The position numbers and the translations under genes were made by a program. Shown piece after piece: positions 40,001 to 47,705 of a DNA stretch of 64,000 bases. Source of the DNA: Arenicellales bacterium (lineage in GTDB: Bacteria; Pseudomonadota; Gammaproteobacteria; Arenicellales; Poriferihabitantaceae); NCBI GenBank assembly GCA_965231905.1, contig CBDDOO010000001.1, forward strand, positions 324,900 to 388,899, written 5' to 3'. Under the pieces are notes generated by a model, which saw nothing but the letters and a program-made list of their open reading frames with translations, did not search any database and was not told where the DNA came from. Position 1 is the first letter of the stretch. Each line of letters opens with the position of its first letter.

Positions 40001-43000
40001 ACCATTTCTCTTCGGCACTACCCAGTTGCGCCACCAAGCCATCGATATCCAGATCAAGCACGGTTTCCTTGTAGGTCACAACCGTGCTCTTAAATTGCTG
40101 GCGGTAACTTTCGATCAGCTCTGAGCCACGCTCGAGATCAGCAATCAGATCACGGTCCTCTGGGCCGAGCAAGAAGGCGTACGACTGGTTGTATGCCTTG
40201 GGCAGGATGCGCTCAAGGGCTGCAACCATTTGTAGATCACCTCGGCTCATCACCTGAATTGGCAATCCCAAGAGTTTGATCCAGGACTGTAGTGCAGCCT
40301 GCAGGTCCATTGCGGCAGCGTGCAGGTCTTTGGACTGGTCAATGGCACTCCTTTGCCAGGACGGCGACCAGTCGTCAGCTTCGACCCGGTGAAAGCAGCT
40401 CTCGCTGATATCGCCAATTTGCTCGGCATTGGCATCAATGCGCACAGCGATATTTGAATATTCCTCCAGGTTATCCTCGCTGTGCGTCTGATAATCCGGC
40501 CAGTGAAACTCCAGCGGAACTACTACAGGATTGTTGATGACCACGCCGATGGCCTTGAAAATGCTGAGCCCGTTGGGATAGGTTTTGTGGAGTTGCCGGA
40601 CGTAGGCATTGAGGTCTTCTCGCAGGTTCAGCAGGCGCTGGGACTCGCGGTCCCAGTTGGAGATTTTGGGGTGCCTGTTTTGCCACGCATGATCAAGTTG
40701 CTTGATCACATCTGTCTTTCTTGCCTTGCTCGAATGCAACTCCAGGCAAAACTTGCCTAAGCCCACATCACGCAAGCGGCGGTAGACGACATCCAAAGCA
40801 GCCGTTTTCTCGGACACGAACAGTACCTTTTTGCCAATGCCAAGGAGATGGGTGATCATGTTGGCGATCGTCTGGCTTTTACCGGTCCCGGGCGGGCCCT
40901 CAATCACGAAGTCCATGCCTTCGGATGCCGCGATGACGGCCGCCATCTGGGTGCTGTCACAGGACATGGGCAGGTAGGTGTCTTTCGGATGGCATTTCTG
41001 ATCTATCTCCTTCGGGTGCGGGAAGTCGACACCGTCGTTTCCCATATAGGTGTCCCGAGGGGTGTCGATCAGGTGTTTGACCAGGGGCGAGTTCTTGAGA
41101 TATTCAGTGCGTGCATCAAGATCCTCCCACATCAGGTACTTGGCGAAACTGAACGTGCTCAAGACCAAGTCTTCTGAAACTTCCCAACCTTCGATATCGC
41201 GAACATGCTGTCTGACGATGTTCCATATGCCATCCACGTCCAGGCCAGAGTCATCCTTTGGCAACTCCTTGGACAGTTCCGGGATTTCAAGCCCGAAGTC
41301 CTGGCGAAGCATTTGCAGCAGGGTCGGGTTGAACTGCGGCTCATCATCATGGATGCGCAGCTTGAATGCCGCATTCACGGACCTTCTTGAAAGGCTGACC
41401 GGTATCAGGATCAGGGGCGCCCGGTGGGTGCGAGAGCGTTTGTCGGTCTGGGTCCAGTTCAAAAAGCCCAGGGCCAGGTACAGAATGTTGGTGCCGCCTT
41501 CCTCAATCGCAGCCTTCGAGGCCCGGTACAACCCGATCAGCGACGCGCTCAATTGTCGCTGATCGAGTGCCGTGGTAATTCTCCCGTGCCGCATGGCCTG
41601 CAGCACCTGTTCCGCATGCAGGTCCTCCGAGTAACGCCTGCGGTGTTCCTCGCCGCTTCTCGGATCACCGGGGCTGATGACTTTCTCCAAGGGCGAGAAG
41701 GTGAAGACCTGGTCCTCTGCCAACATGTCCTCCAGCTCACCGGAATTTGTACAGATACAGGGTACCGCCCGTTTCGACCGCTTGAAGTTCAATAGCCGGT
41801 TGCGCAAGGACAGATCAAGAAGTTTTCGCTTCCAGTTTTCAACACGCGCGTCGGCGCCCACCGCATCATCCGGGGTGGGGGCATCCGGATATTCCACGTC
41901 CTCGGGCAAGTCACTCAGATCATCCAGGCCTGCATCGATCACTTCATCGACCGAAACATCCTCCTGCCCCGTCTGCGTGACCCGCTCATACAGCGGGCGA
42001 ATCCGGGCAAGGCGGGATTGCTTGATGTCGACCAGCAGCAGGAAGCTGTCTTTATCGAACAGCTTGACATTGGCCTCCTCTCTCGCTTGCTTGAACCTGA
42101 CGGCAGGGCGGTGCGCAACGTAGGTGGTCTCAAATACCAGGATCTCCTTCAGGACGACCCTTTTGCGCAGGGCCTGCAGATCCTCGACCACACTGGCGCT
42201 AAACTCAAGATCCTCCAGCCAGACACCGACAAAGGCATGGCCTTTAGTGAAAATGATCAGGGAATTAAAGCCTGCCTGTTCAAGGGCACCGGCGAATAGC
42301 AGGGTGGAGTCCATGCAGGTGACTAGACGGTGACGCTTCACCTCTTCGGGTAAGCGAATCTTTTGACCGGCATCCTCGAAACTCGCGGGGGGCTCGGCAT
42401 AGGCCAGATCCTGCCTGATGACTGCCGACCAGATGGCATTGACCATCTCACCCACTTTCTTTCGGCTTCTTGACTGGTAGCCATCAAGCTTCAGGTCACG
42501 ACCGGTTCCCTGCAGCACCTTCGCTGCAGTTCGCAGGATTTCCTGTATAAATGGCGAATTCGGTTGCACATAGGCTGCCAGGATTTCCGGCAATTCCTGA
42601 ATCCCGCCCCATTCGTTTCGACTCAGCACCTGCACATCACAAGATAACGTGGCAAGTACTTCATCCCCTGAATTCAATGAGAAATCGTAGGTACCCCGAA
42701 CCGCCTCATTGACATCCTCCAAAAATCCCGGGTTGAGTTCAATCATGCAGTCACGCAAGGATATCTCGGTATCAGGAGCCAGTCGGGTGATATGCCAGAC
42801 CTTGGGTTTGGCAAACCCCGGAGTGGTGGTGACCGTAAGCTCCAGGTCTTGATAGCTGACGTCTGTAGGGTTGTTGAGAACAATGTCCCGAAGAACGGGC
42901 ACTGAGTTTTGCTGGAGTGCCAGATTGACCTTGTGGGCCGCTGCAATCTGGATGGTGATTGCTTTGTTCTCAGTTTCTTTATTGTCTGTCTCTGAATTCA

Positions 43001-43001
43001 T
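37044..43001 (-). CDS. 1985-aa multidomain helicase-nuclease: transglutaminase-like core + DUF4011 + SF1 (Upf1/DNA2-like) helicase + Vsr/DUF559 endonuclease + DUF3320 (Hhe-like defence candidate)
   Basis: TCMDSTLLFAGALEQAG...KGHAFVGVW (Cys 42315-42317, His 42236-42238). KLLDLSLRNRLLNFK (DUF4011 hallmark, ~41781-41825). GPPGTGKSQT (Walker A, ~40870-40899). VIFDEASQI (~38973-38990). RRLNVAITRAR (motif VI). FRIDLGV...GIECDGATYH...ILRIWSTDWW (Vsr/DUF559, ~37830-38110). DUF3320-like tail. Confidence 0.9.
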   Translation of the reverse strand: MNSETDNKETENKAITIQIAAAHKVNLALQQNSVPVLRDIVLNNPTDVSYQDLELTVTTTPGFAKPKVWHITRLAPDTEISLRDCMIELNPGFLEDVNEAVRGTYDFSLNSGDEVLATLSCDVQVLSRNEWGGIQELPEILAAYVQPNSPFIQEILRTAAKVLQGTGRDLKLDGYQSRSRKKVGEMVNAIWSAVIRQDLAYAEPPASFEDAGQKIRLPEEVKRHRLVTCMDSTLLFAGALEQAGFNSLIIFTKGHAFVGVWLEDLEFSASVVEDLQALRKRVVLKEILVFETTYVAHRPAVRFKQAREEANVKLFDKDSFLLLVDIKQSRLARIRPLYERVTQTGQEDVSVDEVIDAGLDDLSDLPEDVEYPDAPTPDDAVGADARVENWKRKLLDLSLRNRLLNFKRSKRAVPCICTNSGELEDMLAEDQVFTFSPLEKVISPGDPRSGEEHRRRYSEDLHAEQVLQAMRHGRITTALDQRQLSASLIGLYRASKAAIEEGGTNILYLALGFLNWTQTDKRSRTHRAPLILIPVSLSRRSVNAAFKLRIHDDEPQFNPTLLQMLRQDFGLEIPELSKELPKDDSGLDVDGIWNIVRQHVRDIEGWEVSEDLVLSTFSFAKYLMWEDLDARTEYLKNSPLVKHLIDTPRDTYMGNDGVDFPHPKEIDQKCHPKDTYLPMSCDSTQMAAVIAASEGMDFVIEGPPGTGKSQTIANMITHLLGIGKKVLFVSEKTAALDVVYRRLRDVGLGKFCLELHSSKARKTDVIKQLDHAWQNRHPKISNWDRESQRLLNLREDLNAYVRQLHKTYPNGLSIFKAIGVVINNPVVVPLEFHWPDYQTHSEDNLEEYSNIAVRIDANAEQIGDISESCFHRVEADDWSPSWQRSAIDQSKDLHAAAMDLQAALQSWIKLLGLPIQVMSRGDLQMVAALERILPKAYNQSYAFLLGPEDRDLIADLERGSELIESYRQQFKSTVVTYKETVLDLDIDGLVAQLGSAEEKWFLAKWLGVKAVKARLKPFSGGSKISGVTSDLAHLSNAKKTRTAFEMLKGLDQVIGRKFEGIHTDPALFTHAAEFGHELRSVMGALFASPEAYREATSTMIMLLQSTDLLGPSGKIQTSANTFVQSLEAFEAAQLSLGTTIAVTGDLHVKSDEKSFLQTTIDTCAQWLEQAPRLKAWTAWRWVRNDALAKGMQSLVEAVEKGALAGNTAEEAFRVNYHRWWLNHAVDNDDVIRKFVPAEHVRTIEDFVKLDEHFMELTQAYVFAKLSQVIPSRGHIPQGSTWHVLSREIQKKRRHIPVRQLVEKLGSNLFKLTPCVMMSPMSVAQYLPPEGTFFDVVIFDEASQITPWDAIGAIARANQAIVVGDPKQLPPTSFFNRQEDEDNDSDIDVGDLESILDECMGANLPTYQLKWHYRSRQESLITFSNHNYYRGGLITFPSPATTDTAVSFHHVRDGLYEKGGNRINQPEARAVVDSIVSRLRDPEFKKTGMTIGVVTFNQEQQVLIEDLLEKARRDYPEIEPFFAEDNIEAIFVKNIESVQGDERSIIYFSMTYGKDHSGRLSMNFGPLNQDGGPRRLNVAITRARNEMHVYSSMQPEDIDLSRTAAAGVRDMKHFMDFAKRGAKAIGESIERPLGTFDSPFEEQVAIRLEERGWMVHSQIGVSDFRIDLGVVHPDKAGMYLAGIECDGATYHRSATARDRDFLRQQVLEGLGWKILRIWSTDWWVAPEDCVNHVDQQLRELLESFDEDNEVPSEGAANATDAKQWIRNAEGDVDTNLAGTDEDDHDLSLKADPQEMVWEKVAGEVVEDAPEIPGKCEYIPWSEGSSDLHLKQDSFYEFHYRTTHARLMEQIVQHEQPIREEVLFKLITKAHGFKSAGSRINRVLGEVLKSNDRLQITTEDDTRFVWLVNADAPNWDSFRVVDGFSHQRAAEDVAMSELVAMSRYFIDCGCNQEDVVVEMRKWLGMRRIGEKGRKRLEAAYQGGLSSL

Positions 43002-43190
43002 TTTTATTTTTACCTCTGAAGAATTCGTGAGCTCTGGAAGGTGTACAAGTCCACCCTATTTGGCACTGGATTTGATTTTGAATCAAGGATTGTAAGGGGG
43101 ATAGGAGTTACAGGCTATGATGAGGGGTGGCGTGTTGGTCCAGGAAATGGAGGAATTTGAGTCGGTATTGAGCATGTGTATTCATGCCCG

Positions 43191-43457
43191 CTAGATTGCC
43201 TGAACGGGCAGCTCGATAGAATCCCCTGATGCCGTGTCCGATGTGTTGACATTGCATGGCGCTCCTCCAGAGGCGGAATGCCAAAGGTTTCTGAACTTAT
43301 AAAAGTCCTGGGTCAGCATCCGGCGCTGAAATTTTTCCGAGATCGCATTGATAACCGGAAAGACCGCGTCCCCATCCGGGACTTCCAGCGCTCCCCCGGC
43401 GCAAAAATCGTTTTGCACGTCAATAATCAGCAGGCAATCAGTGTTGTTTTGGTTCAT
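43191..43457 (-). pseudogene. pncA: truncated pncA 5' fragment (first ~50 codons, then unrelated sequence)
   Basis: MNQNNTDCLLIIDVQNDFCAGGALEVPDGDAVFPVINAISEKFQRRMLTQD matches pncA, then diverges exactly at the repeat boundary (43304). Confidence 0.8.
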
Positions 43458-43502
43458 TTTGATATTTCAATTTCTGGTATCCGGGGCTATGTCATAATAA
43501 AC
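43304..43502. repeat. direct repeat copy B (pncA promoter + 5' end)
   Basis: Partner of 35584-35775, in the same orientation. Confidence 0.85.
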
Positions 43503-43547
43503 GAGAGGCAGTGTCAGTGTATACGCTCCCGTGAGAACACACAGGTT

Positions 43548-44798
43548 TTACTGCCATAGGGCGCTCATCGGCACGGCATAACAATTTTTCTGATTCAGCG
43601 GCAATGTGTTATTGCCACAATAGAGCAGGATACCCCCTTGAAAGTTTTTGCCTGCCTGAGCCGCTAAACGAGCAAGGCCAGTACTGTCTTTCGCTTGAAT
43701 ACTGGCCGTTTTTTTTATCTCTATCCCCCACAGCCGTTTGCGGCGCTCTATCACCAGATCAACTTCCACCTGATCCTTGTCCCGGAAATGACTGAATTTC
43801 AGTTCACTATCCAGCCAACTGGCCTGACAAACAAGTTGCTGCACAACAAAGCTTTCCAGTACCGGGCCGAAATGATTATCATGTTTATTCCAGTCATCCG
43901 CTTTCAGCCCACTCAACGTAGCGGCCAGGCCGGAATCAATCACATGAACCTTGGGGGTTTTGATCAGTCGCCTGGATTGATTACGATGCCAGGCAGGCAA
44001 CCGGCGAACCAGAAACAGGCGCTCGAGTACAGTCAGGTATTTTTCTGCTGTCTCCCGACGCATCTTCAATTCATTGGCTATATTGCTGACATTAAGGAGC
44101 GTACCTGTACGATAGGCCAGCATTTCCATCAAGGCCAGCATTTCTCCTTCATCACGAATTGCGGCTACATCTTTCACATCGCGCTGGATAATGGCATTGA
44201 GGTATTGTCGATGCCATTGTCTGGCTCTGGCTGCAGAACGGGTATTCGGCTCTGGGTAACCACCCTGGCATACGGCCTCGGCGACACCACCAATTACACT
44301 TTGTTCACCGATAACCTGTGGAAAAATATTGCCGCTGAGCATGGCGTCCAGCAGGGAGTTTTCACTGCGATACTTCTCTTGCTCGGTTAATGGGAAGAGA
44401 TTGATTACTTCAACCCTTCCAGCCAGAGATTCCTGTACGCCGGGCAGCAGCAGCAAATTAGCGGAGCCAGTCAACAGGAAGCGCCCTGCGGCCGCTTTGT
44501 GATCAAACCTTTCTTGATCGATACTGGCCTTGATGGCTGGCAGCAGTTCAGGCGCCCTCTGTACTTCATCCAGAATGACTGGTTCTGGCAGGCTCTGGAT
44601 AAAGCCGACGGGGTCTTGTTTTGCTACGGCCAGCAAGGCTCCGTCATCAAAATTGATGTACGTATGGTCAGGGCAATATTTCCTCGCCAGAGTGGTTTTG
44701 CCAACCTGGCGAGCTCCCAGCAAACAGACGACCGGCGTGTCAGCCAGCGCCTCTTGCAGCAAGGGAGCGGCGTATCTCGGGAGTAACGGTTCAGCCAT
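43548..44798 (-). CDS. AAA+ ATPase, AAA_14/DUF4143 family
   Basis: LLGARQVGKTTL (Walker A), VILDEVQ (Walker B), and a C-terminal DUF4143-like region. Confidence 0.85.
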   Translation of the reverse strand: MAEPLLPRYAAPLLQEALADTPVVCLLGARQVGKTTLARKYCPDHTYINFDDGALLAVAKQDPVGFIQSLPEPVILDEVQRAPELLPAIKASIDQERFDHKAAAGRFLLTGSANLLLLPGVQESLAGRVEVINLFPLTEQEKYRSENSLLDAMLSGNIFPQVIGEQSVIGGVAEAVCQGGYPEPNTRSAARARQWHRQYLNAIIQRDVKDVAAIRDEGEMLALMEMLAYRTGTLLNVSNIANELKMRRETAEKYLTVLERLFLVRRLPAWHRNQSRRLIKTPKVHVIDSGLAATLSGLKADDWNKHDNHFGPVLESFVVQQLVCQASWLDSELKFSHFRDKDQVEVDLVIERRKRLWGIEIKKTASIQAKDSTGLARLAAQAGKNFQGGILLYCGNNTLPLNQKNCYAVPMSALWQ

Positions 44799-44911
44799 AG
44801 CGTCCAGATGCCGATTACAGTTTCGTCTGATTGTCGATTATATCAGCGTCCAGATGCCGATTACAGTTTCGTCTGATTGTCGATTATATCAGCGTCCAGA
44901 TGCCGATTACA
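44799..44911. repeat. 46-bp tandem repeat, 2.5 copies, abutting the ATPase start codon
   Basis: AGCGTCCAGATGCCGATTACAGTTTCGTCTGATTGTCGATTATATC at 44799-44844 and 44845-44890, plus a 21-nt partial copy. Each unit carries TATAAT on the gene strand. Confidence 0.9.
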
Positions 44912-44982
44912 ATTCCGTGAGAACACACATTACTGTCAAAACTTTACTGTCAAAACTTATTGACAGAAAAATCAGAAGTTAA

Positions 44983-46178
44983 GGAATCTCTGATTAATCA
45001 GTTTCTATTGTATAATTTTTGTACTTCATACTGACTGGAGATATTTCCGATGCGCCAGAGTACTTTTTCCGAAGCTGGATTTGACAAATACAAGAAACAG
45101 ACGCGCAAGGAGCGTTTTCTGGATGAGATGGAGCAAATCATTCCGTGGGTGGAGTTGAATGCAGTCATCGAGCCTTTTTATCCCAAACCGCAAGGGGCAG
45201 GCCGCAGGCCGATTGGAATAGACCGGATGTTGCGGATTCACTTTCTGCAACACTGGTTCAGTCTTTCGGACCCGGCTGCCGAGGAAGCGTTGTACGATTC
45301 GTTGTCGATGCGCCGGTTTGTGGGCATAGACCTGGGTCGGGAGCCGGCTCCCGACGAGACCACGATCTGCAAGTTTCGTCATCTGATGGAGAAGCATAAC
45401 CTGGGGGAACGATTGTTCGGACTGGTCAATGAATATTTGGGTGAGAACGGACTGAAGGTGAATCGGGGTACGATCGTGGATGCCAGCATCATCTGCGCAC
45501 CGAGTTCGACCAAGAACCGGGAGAAGAAACGAGACCCCCAGATGCACTCGACGCGCAAGGGGCAGCAATGGTACTTTGGTATGAAGGCGCATATCGGTGT
45601 GGACAGTCGCAGCAAGCTGATTCATTCGGTGGTGGCTACGCCGGCGAATGTTCATGATTCACAGGTTCTGCCGGAACTTCTGCACGGGAAAGAGACCCGT
45701 GTATGGGGAGACTCGGCCTATACGGGTCAGAAGGCGGTGATTTCACAGGTAGCGCCGGAGGCGAAGGATTTCACTCATTCGAAGGGGACGCGCTACCGCA
45801 AATTGACGGAGAAGGAGCGCTTGAAGAATCGAACCAAGTCCCGGATACGGTCGAAGGTGGAACATCAGTTCGGTATTCTCAAGCGGCAGTTCGGTTTTAC
45901 CCGGGTTCGTTACCGGGGGCTGGAGAAGAACACGCATCGACTGGTTGTGGCCTGTGCCTTAAGCAATCTGGTGATGGCGAAGAAAGTACTGTTGAGACAA
46001 AGGCGGTTGAAACTGCAGGCTACGTACGCCTGAAAAATGAAAAGAGGGGGAGAATGCTTGTATTTCCCCGCTCCCGCTCACTGATTCCGGGCCATTCTGT
46101 CTTTCAGACCCACTCATATCCCGGATTTACAAAAATGACTACCCAAAATCCCCAAAACTCGTATTGTTCAGACTTTCC
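44983..46178 (+). mobile_element. IS5-family insertion sequence (1196 bp) with 4-bp TTAA target-site duplication
   Basis: IRL is GGAATCTCTGA (44983-). IRR in reverse complement is GGAAAGTCTGA (-46178). TTAA is present at 44979-44982 and 46179-46182. Single IS5-type transposase. Confidence 0.85.
45050..46033 (+). CDS. IS5-family transposase
   Basis: 327 aa, closely resembling E. coli IS5 InsH from memory (FLDEMEQIIPW, RMLRIHFLQHWF.LSD, DAS.I.APSSTKN, GDSAYTGQ, VEH.FG.LKRQFGF.RVRYRGL.KN). Confidence 0.95.
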   Translation: MRQSTFSEAGFDKYKKQTRKERFLDEMEQIIPWVELNAVIEPFYPKPQGAGRRPIGIDRMLRIHFLQHWFSLSDPAAEEALYDSLSMRRFVGIDLGREPAPDETTICKFRHLMEKHNLGERLFGLVNEYLGENGLKVNRGTIVDASIICAPSSTKNREKKRDPQMHSTRKGQQWYFGMKAHIGVDSRSKLIHSVVATPANVHDSQVLPELLHGKETRVWGDSAYTGQKAVISQVAPEAKDFTHSKGTRYRKLTEKERLKNRTKSRIRSKVEHQFGILKRQFGFTRVRYRGLEKNTHRLVVACALSNLVMAKKVLLRQRRLKLQATYA

Positions 46179-46317
46179 TTAAGTACACTCATGGTGCTAT
46201 GACCCCTATCCCGTCCAAGTGAGTCTGGAGAGGGCAGCCGACTTGTGATCAGTGAGGGGATGGAAGACCAGACCAACCGATCACCACTGACAGCAACCGA
46301 CGACAACAACCGGGAAC

Positions 46318-47514
46318 ATGAACATGAAAAGAGCAATCACACTGGCGGCATCAATCACCCTTCTGGCTCCTGTATTCACTGTCCAGGCGGACGGATGGGA
46401 GCAATATAATCCGGACGGATGGGCGCAATATAATCAATTAGGCTGTTGGGCGAGTGTAAGCCAGCAAGCCTGCTTTGCAATGGCAACATGGAACAATGAC
46501 TATATGTACGGCGGCGAAGGCAATGACATCCTGATCGGAGGCGCGGGCAATGACTGGCTGGATGGCGGCGATGGGGATGACTCCCTGCACGGCAGTATAG
46601 GAAACGACAGGCTGGGCGGAGGTGATGGCAATGACCACCTGTACGGCGGCGATGGGGATGACTCCCTGCACGGAGGCGCGGGCAATGATTTGCTACGTGG
46701 CGGCGCGGGCGATGATACCCTGTATGCTGGCGCGGGGGATGATGATAGCGCCATGGTAGCCACCATGGTGGACATTGACACAGCGGAGGAACCAATAGTT
46801 ATTGTTGGTTATCATAACTCCCTGGACGGAGGCGATGGCAATGACACCCTGCACGGAGGCGATGGCAATGACCTCTTGGACGGCGGCGATGGGGATGACC
46901 GCCTGTACGGACGCGAAGGCCATGACTTCGTGATCGGAAGTTATGGCAATGATTATCTGATCGGATATAAAGGAGATGACACCCTGCACGGAGGCGATGG
47001 CAATGACCGCCTGTACGGAGGCGAAGGCAATGATTATCTGACCGGAGGCCATGGCCATGACTACCTGAACGGAGGTTATGACGATGACCGCCTGAACGGA
47101 GGTTATGGCAATGACCGCCTGTACGGAGGTTATGGCAATGATTATCTGTTCGGAGGCCCAGGCAACGACCGCCTGAACGGCGGCGAGGGCAACGATTGGA
47201 TACTCGGAGGCAGTGGCAATGACAAATTGGCCGGTAATGCCGGCTCGGACTTCATGAGTGGCGGGGACGGCGCGGATACCTACAAACTACGCGGGAACCG
47301 CAAAAACCGCAAAGACCGCGATATTATCCTTGCTGATGAAACCGACAATATCGCTGATCAATTCAGCAACAAGGCTTTGGATCGTATCAACATCAACGAT
47401 GTCACTCTGCCAAGTATCGAGATCGGGGGACGGACATTTACGCTGGACGCGAGCATTCTGGCTGACCATGCCCACCGGGTAACCGGCGCGGATATTATCT
47501 ACCGGAAGCCGTGA
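46318..47514 (+). CDS. RTX (hemolysin-type Ca-binding nonapeptide repeat) protein with N-terminal signal peptide
   Basis: About 25 GGxGxDxUx repeats (GGAGNDWLDGGDGDDSLHG...). N-terminus MNMKRAITLAASITLLAPVFTVQA. Confidence 0.85.
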   Translation: MNMKRAITLAASITLLAPVFTVQADGWEQYNPDGWAQYNQLGCWASVSQQACFAMATWNNDYMYGGEGNDILIGGAGNDWLDGGDGDDSLHGSIGNDRLGGGDGNDHLYGGDGDDSLHGGAGNDLLRGGAGDDTLYAGAGDDDSAMVATMVDIDTAEEPIVIVGYHNSLDGGDGNDTLHGGDGNDLLDGGDGDDRLYGREGHDFVIGSYGNDYLIGYKGDDTLHGGDGNDRLYGGEGNDYLTGGHGHDYLNGGYDDDRLNGGYGNDRLYGGYGNDYLFGGPGNDRLNGGEGNDWILGGSGNDKLAGNAGSDFMSGGDGADTYKLRGNRKNRKDRDIILADETDNIADQFSNKALDRININDVTLPSIEIGGRTFTLDASILADHAHRVTGADIIYRKP

Positions 47515-47540
47515 CCGCGACCAGTTAGAGAGAACAGACC

Positions 47541-47705
47541 ATGACGATTACAACCGCGTTAATTTTGCTGATTGTTACCATTGTTGGTGTTGTTGGTGTT
47601 GTTGGTGTAGGCGTGGCGCTGGCGGGCGTGATCATCCCGGCCAGCAATCGCCGTGGCCCGATGCGGGAACCTCCTGTGTTACAGCGCGACCGGCATCATT
47701 TCTGA
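47541..47705 (+). CDS. possible 54-aa single-TM peptide
   Basis: My own translation (below the track cut-off): MTITTALILLIVTIVGVVGVVGVGVALAGVIIPASNRRGPMREPPVLQRDRHHF. No clear RBS. Confidence 0.2.
   Translation: MTITTALILLIVTIVGVVGVVGVGVALAGVIIPASNRRGPMREPPVLQRDRHHF

Noticed and set aside
44799-44911. Possible CRISPR array
   Set aside because: The 46-bp units are directly contiguous with no spacers, there are only 2.5 copies, and no cas genes are nearby. It is a tandem repeat, not a CRISPR.
46376-47058. Several 77-139-aa minus-strand ORFs inside the RTX gene
   Set aside because: These are repetitive shadow frames of the GGxGxD-encoding repeats. The plus-strand RTX reading frame is unambiguous.
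47652-47676. 25-nt string (CGTGGCCCGATGCGGGAACCTCCTG) matching the 3' end of the FitA/VapB antitoxin gene at 36339-36363 with 2 mismatches
   Set aside because: The match is real by eye and may be a relic of a second antitoxin gene. It is too short to call a pseudogene, and no PIN remnant follows.
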